Source: Deltaproteobacteria bacterium (GTDB taxonomy: Bacteria > Desulfobacterota > Syntrophia > Syntrophales > JAAYKM01). From it: a stretch of 64,000 bases of DNA. Both the position numbers and the translations under genes were made by a program. Below are positions 56,946-64,000 of this stretch, in pieces (position 1 is the stretch's first letter; every line of letters begins with the position of its first letter). Below the pieces are notes generated by a model. That model saw only the letters and a list, made by a program, of their open reading frames with translations, made no database searches and had not been told where the DNA came from. Location: NCBI GenBank assembly GCA_012522415.1, contig JAAYKM010000051.1:9371-73370 (forward strand). The letters are read 5' to 3'.

Positions 56946-58325
56946 CTATTGCCCGGAACAGACACCGATCAGGAAGCGTTCCATCAGAAGTCGTTCGTCC
57001 TGACCCGTCGATTTCATGAGAATATCGACCCGTACCAGGTGATCCAGGTGATTGATCAGCCTTTCATGGGTAAACCGGCCGGAATTCTTCAGGGATTGAT
57101 AAACGGCGAAGGGGTGCTGACTGACGAAGCCCGCTTCCTTCCCGCCTCCCTGGAGGGAAAGGCCTTTCAGGACGGGCTGGATTTTTCGTTGAAACTCACC
57201 GTAATCCATATCGAAACGATAACCGGAAAGCCCCCCGCTCTGGAGCAGGAGCTTCGCATGGAGCAGGTTCCGGAGTTCACGGCTGATCATACCCAGAATC
57301 ATCAGAGGGGACACACCCTGTAGGAGCAAATCCTGAAAAACGCGGAGGCTTCCGGCGAGATTCCGCTCCGTCATGGCCGCAACGAGTGCGAAAACCGAAT
57401 CCTCCCTGGATTTGCCGACAACCGCTTCGACATCCTCCGCACTTATCCGCTTCCGGTCACCGACGAAAACCATCAACTTTTCGACGGCCTGAATGGATTC
57501 ACGGAGCTGGAAACCCGTTTTCCGCCCCAGGGTTTCCCATGCCTCGCCCGTCAGGGTTTTCCCGCAAGAGGCCAGCATCTTACGGGCCTGGTTCATCAGG
57601 CGCTCCTTTTGCCTCTGCTCCGTCCTGACTTTGGGAAAGTGCAGAACGACACCCTGTTCCGAGATGAACCTGAACATCTTCTTCCGGCGATCCACCGCCT
57701 CCGCGACAAGAATCAGGTGATTCTCCGGCGGTATCCGGGAACGCAGCAGCTCCGCCAGGTATTCCTCCCGGCCGCCCCTGATCGCCCTTCCGTTCCCTCC
57801 CTGATCCATGGACAGGGCAACCAGTCGGGGCAGCCAAGTTTCGCGGTCATCCTTTTCGTCTCTTCCGATCAGACGGTTCCAGGCCTCGCCCGAAATCGTT
57901 CTCCACCCGTCGTCCTGCAGATCTTCCAACTTCCAGCCGGTCATATCCAGAAAGGTCAGAAAGGCCGCCACCGCTCTTGCGGGGTTCTTCTCCAGCTGTT
58001 CCCGCATGGTCCTCACCAGCGCCCCCGCCGTCTGTTTTGAGTGAAAGAGGTGCGTATCATGCACTACGACCAGTTTACGACCGGCAAGCAGGGGCGGGAG
58101 CACCAGGGTAGCCGACAGCCGCTCCAGTTCGTCCGGCCCCCCGGACATGACAAACAGATTCAGTTCCCGATCGGCTTCGGGCATGATTGCCGCTGTTATT
58201 TCTTCCAGCGCTTCCGCAACGAGGTACTCCTCCTCCCCGTAGAGCAGGTAAACGGGGCTGATCTTTCCTTTTGCGATATCGCCAAGGGCGCGACGATACC
58301 CTGTTCCTGATGTATCCGTAACCAT
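56946..58325 (-). CDS. holA: DNA polymerase III delta subunit, enlarged
   Basis: It has the N-terminal signature ISPVYLLYGEEEYL and the C-terminal delta domain (PLMILGMISRELRNLL). The start is ambiguous: ATG 58325 or GTG 58448 (GAGGG upstream). It is ~460-500 aa versus a typical ~340. Confidence 0.7.
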   Translation of the reverse strand: MVTDTSGTGYRRALGDIAKGKISPVYLLYGEEEYLVAEALEEITAAIMPEADRELNLFVMSGGPDELERLSATLVLPPLLAGRKLVVVHDTHLFHSKQTAGALVRTMREQLEKNPARAVAAFLTFLDMTGWKLEDLQDDGWRTISGEAWNRLIGRDEKDDRETWLPRLVALSMDQGGNGRAIRGGREEYLAELLRSRIPPENHLILVAEAVDRRKKMFRFISEQGVVLHFPKVRTEQRQKERLMNQARKMLASCGKTLTGEAWETLGRKTGFQLRESIQAVEKLMVFVGDRKRISAEDVEAVVGKSREDSVFALVAAMTERNLAGSLRVFQDLLLQGVSPLMILGMISRELRNLLHAKLLLQSGGLSGYRFDMDYGEFQRKIQPVLKGLSLQGGGKEAGFVSQHPFAVYQSLKNSGRFTHERLINHLDHLVRVDILMKSTGQDERLLMERFLIGVCSGQ

Positions 58326-58473
58326 GGGACAACACCATCGGACCGCTTGGCCCGCGGCATGGAGCGCAGGCTGTGATCCCGGGGAAAGGCTGGACCGCCC
58401 GATGACGCCCCCGTCGATAACCGAGGTCACGCCGGCCTCGATCACCACGGGACGCCCTCAGGGCTCCGTCCGG

Positions 58474-59235
58474 CTAGATGATGACGAACTTCTTGATATG
58501 CCTGACGATTTCGTCGGGGTCGTCTATGACCTGAATCAACTCCATATCAACGGGAAGGATCATGTCCCCTTTCAGCATGCTGTTTTTCAACCAGTTGACG
58601 AGACCTCGCCAGTAATCACTCCCCATGAGTATGACAGGAAACGCTTTGATCCGCCTGGTCTGAATCAGGGTCAGGGCTTCAAACAGTTCATCCATCGTTC
58701 CGTAACCGCCCGGAAGAATAACATAGGCCATGGCGTATTTGATGAACATGACCTTGCGAATGAAAAAATAATGATAGTTTATGGCGATATTGGCGTAGGG
58801 ATTCGGTTTCTGTTCAAAGGGGAGTTGGATGTTCATGCCCACCGACGTGCCACCCGCCTCCGCCGCACCTTTGTTGGCCGCCTCCATGATGCCGGGGCCG
58901 CCGCCGGTGATGACACTGAATCCTGAACGCACCAGTTTGGAAGCCAGGTATTCGGCCTTCTCATAATACGCCGTGCCGGGCTCAACCCGTGCCGAACCAA
59001 AAATGGATACGGCCCGTTTTACCCGGGAAAGGGTGTCTATGGCATCGACAAACTCGGCCATGATCCTGAAAATCCGCCAGGATTCCGCCGGTGTCAGACT
59101 ATCCAACAGGTATTGGCTGTCCTCCACGATGATATCCCTCCTGAAGCCGCCGGTCTTTCCCTTCCCGGCTCCGCTTCGGCAGCGTCCGGACAGGGGCCGT
59201 CGGCAATCTGTAAAACGTTTTGTTGTTTCCTCCAT
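58474..59235 (-). CDS. LOG-family (TIGR00730) nucleotide 5'-monophosphate nucleosidase / lysine-decarboxylase-like protein
   Basis: SIFGSARV, ITGGGPGIMEAANKGA and ILPGGYGTMDELFE. Confidence 0.85.
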   Translation of the reverse strand: MEETTKRFTDCRRPLSGRCRSGAGKGKTGGFRRDIIVEDSQYLLDSLTPAESWRIFRIMAEFVDAIDTLSRVKRAVSIFGSARVEPGTAYYEKAEYLASKLVRSGFSVITGGGPGIMEAANKGAAEAGGTSVGMNIQLPFEQKPNPYANIAINYHYFFIRKVMFIKYAMAYVILPGGYGTMDELFEALTLIQTRRIKAFPVILMGSDYWRGLVNWLKNSMLKGDMILPVDMELIQVIDDPDEIVRHIKKFVII

Positions 59236-59309
59236 CCAAGCGCATCATGACCGGGCTGCGCAATTTCGTCATGCCGGTCACAACTCGCAGGGATCGGACC
59301 CGACCCACC

Positions 59310-59507
59310 TCAGGTGTTTCGTCTTCGCTGCACCTTCGCCAGCCTCCGGCGGGCTTCGATGGTTTTCCGCTTCCTTTTCACGGAGGGTTTCTCATAGGCC
59401 CGTCGGACTTTCAATTCCTTGAACAGGCCGCTCTTCGAAAGCTTGTTTTTCAAAATTTTCAGCGCTTTCTCCACGTCGTTGTCGAATACTTTTACTTCCA
59501 AAATCAT
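59310..59507 (-). CDS. rpsU: 30S ribosomal protein S21
   Basis: 65 aa: VKVFDNDVEKALKILKNKLSKSGLFKELKVRRAYEKPSVKRKRK. Confidence 0.95.
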   Translation of the reverse strand: MILEVKVFDNDVEKALKILKNKLSKSGLFKELKVRRAYEKPSVKRKRKTIEARRRLAKVQRRRNT

Positions 59508-59619
59508 TCTCCCTTTCTCTTGCCTTATTTTGTTCTGTTCAACCGGCCAACGGGCAAGGCCGGTCGGAATCGGCCCCTCTTTTGCTCCGTTGCGCCCTAT
59601 ATTTTGAGATCGATCCTCC

Positions 59620-62600
59620 CTATCGGATCTCGTGATGGTACTCCTGAATCGTTTTCACCGCGGGCTCACCCTTTTTGAGCGTTTTGATGGCGTTGACCGC
59701 CGCCTGAGCGCCCGGAAGGGTCGTCACCAGGGGAACACTGTGAAAGACCGCCGTGGACCGTATGATGGCCGTATCCTCCCTGGTTTTCTTTCCAGCGGAG
59801 GTATTGATGATCATAGCGATTTCACGATTTTTCATCAGGTCGATGACGTTAGGCCGCCCCTCGTATATCTTCGGCAGAACCGTCACGGTGATGTCGTTGT
59901 TCTTCAGCACCGCCGCCGTACCGCCCGTGGCGACGATCGAAAAACCGAGATGCTCCAGCTCTTTGGCCAGAAAGACGATCTGACGCTTGTCCTTGTTGTT
60001 GACGCTGAGGAAGACCGTTCCGGATGCGGGCAGTATGGTCCCCGCTGCTATTTGGGATTTTGCAAATGCCATACCAAATGTTTTGTCGATGCCCATGACC
60101 TCACCGGTGGACTTCATTTCCGGCCCTAAAATGGCATCCACGCCGGGGAACCGCGAAAAGGGGAAAACCGATTCCTTCACGGCAAGATGTTTCACATTGA
60201 CTTCCTTCGTAAAACCCAGTTCCCTGAGGGTTTTCCCCGCCATGATTTTCGTTGCCAGCTTCGCCAGGGGAATGCCCGTCACCTTACTGACAAAGGGAAC
60301 GGTCCGGGAAGCCCGGGGATTGACTTCGAGAACGTAGATGATGTCGTTACGGATGGCGTACTGGATGTTCATCAACCCCCGGACGTTGAGTTCCCTGGCA
60401 AGGGCATAGGTATTTTCCTTGATGACGCCGGCCAGTTTGGCATCCAGAGTATAGGGCGGCATGACGGAGGCGCTGTCTCCCGAGTGAATTCCCGCTTCCT
60501 CGATGTGTTCCAGGAGCCCGCCGATAACGGTCGTTTCACCATCGGAGATGGCGTCCACGTCGATTTCGATCGCATCCTCGAGGAATTTATCGATCAGGAT
60601 GGGATGTTCCGGGGAAACACGTATGGCCTTTTTCATAAACTCTTCCAGAGCCTCATCGTCATAGACGATTTCCATCGCCCGTCCGCCCAGGACATAGGAC
60701 GGCCGCACAACGACGGGATAGCCGATCTTGTTGGCCACCTTTTCCGCCTCGGCAAAGGAACGGGCCGTTCCGTTCTCCGGTTGGATCAGGCCGAGTTTCT
60801 TCAGGAGCACCTGGAAGCGTTTCCGGTCCTCCGCCCGGTCGATACTGTCCGGGGTCGTCCCCCAGATAGGCACACCCGCCTTCTCCAGAGGTACGGCAAG
60901 ATTCAGAGGCGTCTGTCCACCGAACTGGACAATCACGCCATCGGGTTTCTCCAGATGGATGATGTTGAGCACATCCTCACGTGTCAGGGGCTCGAAGTAG
61001 AGTTTGTCTGACGTGTCGTAATCGGTGCTGACCGTTTCCGGATTGCTGTTGACCATGATGCTCTCGTAACCGAGTTCACGGAGCGCCAGAGACGCATGCA
61101 CACAACAGTAATCGAACTCGATTCCCTGCCCTATCCTGTTCGGGCCGCCCCCCAGGATGACCACCTTGGGCCGGGGGCCGCGCACACTTTCCTCCACGGA
61201 TTCATAGGATGAGTAGTAGTAGGGCTTTTCCGCTGCGAACTCGGCTGCGCAGGTATCGACAAGCTTGTACACGGGATGAAGGTTCTTCTTTTTTCGCAGA
61301 TCCTGAATCACCGTTTCCGTCGTACCGAGAATATGAGCCAGCTGGACATCGGAAAAACCGAAATCCTTGGCTCTCCGGAGTTGCTCGACAGGGAAATCGC
61401 GTTTCCAGGCGTTCAGATCCCGTTTTGCGCCCTGGAAACGGAATCCGCTCAATTCCACCTCCAAATCAAAGATTTCCTTCATGTTGAAGAGAAACCACCG
61501 GTCGATCCGACAGAGATCCTGTATCTCGTCAATCGTCAAGCCCATTTCAAACGCATGGCGGATGTAAAAAAAACGCTCCGCGTTGGGAACCCGCAGTTTT
61601 TCCCGAACACGCTCCAGGGGCTCATCACCCTGAAGCGGCCTGTCCTTCCCGTCGGCGCCAAAACCGAATCGGCCCGTCTCCAAAGAACGAAGCCCCTTTT
61701 GAAAGGCCTCCTTGAAATTCCGACCGATGGCCATGACCTCGCCCACGGCCTTCATGGAGGTGTTCAGGGTGGGGTCCGCCAGGGGGAATTTTTCGAAGGT
61801 AAATCTGGACATTTTAAAAACGCAATAATCCAAAGCCGGCTCGTACAGGGACGTGGTCTTTCCCGTAATGTCATTGTGCACCTCGTCAAGGGTAAAACCG
61901 ACGGCCAGCTTCGTCGCCACACGGGCAATGGGGAAACCCGTTGCCTTGGAGGCCAAGGCCGAACTTCGGGACAATCTGGGGTTGACCTCGATGATGACGA
62001 TTTCTCCGTTGTGGGGGTTCTGGGCAAACTGGATGTTGACGCCGCCACCCGCCACATCGATCTTGCGGATGATTTTTCGGCAAAGATCGGTAAACGTCCT
62101 GTACTCTTTCGCCGTCAGGGTCTGGGCCGGCGCAACGACGGCGCTGTCATCCGTATGAACGCCCATGGGGTCGATGTTCTCCATGGAGGTGACGATGATG
62201 ACATTGTCAGCGCAGTCCCGCATGACCTCAAACTCGATTTCTTTCCATCCGAGGACGGACTGTTCGACCAATAATTGGCCCACCGGGCTATATTCGATAC
62301 CCTTGGCGACAAAATCCTCCAACTCCTCCTTGTTATAGACGATGGAGCCACCCGTCCCGCCGAGGGTAAAGGCGGGCCGCAGAATCAGGGGAAATCCGAT
62401 TCGAAGCCCGATTTCCATGCCTTCCTCCAGAGTCCTGGCAATCCCGCTTTCTGGAAGGCCGATTCCAATCTCCCCCATAGCCTGTTTGAACAGATCCCGG
62501 TCTTCCGCCCGGGCTATCGCCTCGGCACTGGAACCCAGCACCTCGACGTTATACTTCGTGAACACCCCGGCCCGCGCCAGAAACACGGCCGTGTTCAAAC

Positions 62601-62892
62601 CGGTCTGACCACCCAGGGTAGGAAGAACCGCGTCGGGCCTTTCCCGCTCGATGATCTTCTCGACAATGGCCGGCGTAATGGGCTCGATGTAGGTCCGGTC
62701 GGCCATGTCCGGATCCGTCATGATCGTCGCCGGATTGCTGTTGACCAGAATAACGTAATAACCTTCCTCTTTCAGGGCCTTGCAGGCCTGTGATCCGGAA
62801 TAGTCGAATTCGCAGGCCTGGCCGATGACAATGGGCCCGGACCCGATGATCAATATTTTCTTTAAATCTTCCCGTTTCGGCATGTTCGTCAA
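59620..62892 (-). CDS. carB: Carbamoyl-phosphate synthase large subunit
   Basis: 1090 aa with duplicated ATP-grasp halves ([21 protein letters not shown] / [20 protein letters not shown]) and a C-terminal MGS-like domain. Confidence 0.97.
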   Translation of the reverse strand: MTNMPKREDLKKILIIGSGPIVIGQACEFDYSGSQACKALKEEGYYVILVNSNPATIMTDPDMADRTYIEPITPAIVEKIIERERPDAVLPTLGGQTGLNTAVFLARAGVFTKYNVEVLGSSAEAIARAEDRDLFKQAMGEIGIGLPESGIARTLEEGMEIGLRIGFPLILRPAFTLGGTGGSIVYNKEELEDFVAKGIEYSPVGQLLVEQSVLGWKEIEFEVMRDCADNVIIVTSMENIDPMGVHTDDSAVVAPAQTLTAKEYRTFTDLCRKIIRKIDVAGGGVNIQFAQNPHNGEIVIIEVNPRLSRSSALASKATGFPIARVATKLAVGFTLDEVHNDITGKTTSLYEPALDYCVFKMSRFTFEKFPLADPTLNTSMKAVGEVMAIGRNFKEAFQKGLRSLETGRFGFGADGKDRPLQGDEPLERVREKLRVPNAERFFYIRHAFEMGLTIDEIQDLCRIDRWFLFNMKEIFDLEVELSGFRFQGAKRDLNAWKRDFPVEQLRRAKDFGFSDVQLAHILGTTETVIQDLRKKKNLHPVYKLVDTCAAEFAAEKPYYYSSYESVEESVRGPRPKVVILGGGPNRIGQGIEFDYCCVHASLALRELGYESIMVNSNPETVSTDYDTSDKLYFEPLTREDVLNIIHLEKPDGVIVQFGGQTPLNLAVPLEKAGVPIWGTTPDSIDRAEDRKRFQVLLKKLGLIQPENGTARSFAEAEKVANKIGYPVVVRPSYVLGGRAMEIVYDDEALEEFMKKAIRVSPEHPILIDKFLEDAIEIDVDAISDGETTVIGGLLEHIEEAGIHSGDSASVMPPYTLDAKLAGVIKENTYALARELNVRGLMNIQYAIRNDIIYVLEVNPRASRTVPFVSKVTGIPLAKLATKIMAGKTLRELGFTKEVNVKHLAVKESVFPFSRFPGVDAILGPEMKSTGEVMGIDKTFGMAFAKSQIAAGTILPASGTVFLSVNNKDKRQIVFLAKELEHLGFSIVATGGTAAVLKNNDITVTVLPKIYEGRPNVIDLMKNREIAMIINTSAGKKTREDTAIIRSTAVFHSVPLVTTLPGAQAAVNAIKTLKKGEPAVKTIQEYHHEIR

Positions 62893-63965
62893 TCCCGTTT
62901 CCGATTTTTTTCCATGATACGTAGAAACCGGCCTAATACGCCGCTGGGCCCGCCTTCCTCGTCCGGCCGGGGAACAAATTGCACTCCCAAAACACCCAGG
63001 GGGGCGGATGAGATGCCCTCCACGGTTCCATCGTTGACATTGATGTGAGACACCTTGAATTCCTTCAGAAAATCCGGCCCGGCCGTCATGACAAAACTGT
63101 GGTTCTGGTCCGTAATGGCAACCGCTTGAGTCTCCATGTCCCGAACCGCATAATTACAACCGTGATGGCCGACTTTCATAGGGTTCACCTGCCCACCTGC
63201 AGCGAGACAGATCAACTGGGCTCCCAGACCGATACCCAGGATCGGCACCCACCCGATCGCTTGCCCGATTTCCGACGTGACAGCCTCCGCGCGGCGTGGG
63301 TCTCCCGGCCCACTGGAAACGACGAGCCCATCGGGATCAAGTCTCCGGATTTCCTCCCAGGAAGTGGATGGGCCGGCTACAACAAGCTCACATCCACATT
63401 GCCGCAACTGGTCGAAGGTGCTCCTTTTTACCCCCAAGTCATAAAGAACGGTCCGGTATCCCCCCGTGCCCTTAAAGGCCTTCAGCGTCTTTTTCCCCGA
63501 GACGATTTTCGGCGGCTTCCATGTTTTCAGGCGGTCCAGCAGGTTACCCACGGAGGTGGCCGCGGGACCGATAATCCCCTTCATCTCCCCATGCTCCCGA
63601 ATGTGAAGAGAGAGCGCACGGGTATCGACTTGCTCCATGCCGACAACCTTACCCGCCCGCATCGTGTTTTCCAGGGTGTCCGTCGCCCGCCAGTTGCTGA
63701 CGATCCGGCTTTTTTCCTTAATGATGAGTCCCTGAACGTGAAGACGATCCGACTCGGCATCCTCGTCGTTTGTTCCGTAGTTGCCTATCAGAGGATAGGT
63801 CATGTTGATCAGACATCCCGCGTTGTCGGGATCCGTCAGGACCTCCTGATACCCGACGATCCGGTGGTCGTCATGGACCCAGCCACAGGCCTCCCCGGCC
63901 GCGCCGAAGGAAACACCCCGAAAAACCGCGCCGTCTTCCAGAACCAATACCATGTCCATACGCAA
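62889..63965 (-). CDS. carA: Carbamoyl-phosphate synthase small subunit homologue with all three glutaminase triad residues substituted
   Basis: 358 aa. The CarA N-domain has [20 protein letters not shown] and [10 protein letters not shown]. The GATase domain reads [10 protein letters not shown] where GICLGHQL is expected, and VQFVPRPDE where FQxHPE is expected. It overlaps carB by 4 nt. Confidence 0.9.
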   Translation of the reverse strand: MRMDMVLVLEDGAVFRGVSFGAAGEACGWVHDDHRIVGYQEVLTDPDNAGCLINMTYPLIGNYGTNDEDAESDRLHVQGLIIKEKSRIVSNWRATDTLENTMRAGKVVGMEQVDTRALSLHIREHGEMKGIIGPAATSVGNLLDRLKTWKPPKIVSGKKTLKAFKGTGGYRTVLYDLGVKRSTFDQLRQCGCELVVAGPSTSWEEIRRLDPDGLVVSSGPGDPRRAEAVTSEIGQAIGWVPILGIGLGAQLICLAAGGQVNPMKVGHHGCNYAVRDMETQAVAITDQNHSFVMTAGPDFLKEFKVSHINVNDGTVEGISSAPLGVLGVQFVPRPDEEGGPSGVLGRFLRIMEKNRKRD

Positions 63966-64000
63966 CGTTTTCTCCGTAATGCCCCAAACCCGTCTTGCAT

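Overview
Chromosomal window from a GC-rich anaerobe. I saw no rRNA, tRNA or CRISPR array by eye. The gene content suggests a syntrophic fatty-acid/aromatic-oxidising Deltaproteobacterium (Syntrophales-like); this is inference only. The supporting genes are two EtfAB sets each paired with a membrane cytochrome-b/HdrD-like FeS oxidoreductase, beta-oxidation enzymes, FadL/FadD, AMP-forming acetyl-CoA synthetase, a siroheme-decarboxylase-like gene and a type III glutamine synthetase. About 50 protein genes are supported. Layout: (i) 1-5.9 kb holds a partial MBL hydrolase, an ArfB-like gene, an isolated atpE, ahb-like/hemL/fcl, and atpZ-atpI-atpB ending in its own terminator. (ii) 5.9-6.6 kb is AT-rich non-coding DNA with a truncated IS256-type transposase remnant. 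(iii) 6.6-17.1 kb is all minus strand: bifurcating-type EtfB, an EtfA carrying a ferredoxin domain, a membrane FeS oxidoreductase, then NuoE-like, NuoF-like and a 1149-aa chimeric subunit (2Fe-2S, GltD-like, FeS, degenerate molybdopterin-like domain). (iv) ppsA, an L,D-transpeptidase and glnN. (v) 23.6-25.3 kb is an AT-rich islet with an orphan lipoprotein, a micro-ORF and a frameshifted methyltransferase. (vi) A DUF1538-DUF1538-PII-like operon. (vii) mnmG, a TIGR01212 radical SAM gene, a PagL-like gene, a 57-aa Trm112-like ORF (below the ORF-track cutoff), a DegT homologue without the PLP lysine, and folD. (viii) A beta-oxidation block: acyl-CoA ligase, thiolase, crotonase, frameshifted apgM, fadD, fadL, a second FeS oxidoreductase with canonical etfAB, and acs. 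(ix) A porin, hflX, waaA, rpe, hbd, holA, a LOG-family gene, rpsU, carB, and a carA in which all three glutaminase triad residues are substituted. The best candidate for a new system is the co-linear 10.5-kb redox block at 6.6-17.1 kb. Other notable items are the triad-less CarA, the DUF1538/PII operon with a 550-bp leader, and two frameshifted genes. Many very long antisense ORFs in the track are GC-bias artefacts and were rejected.
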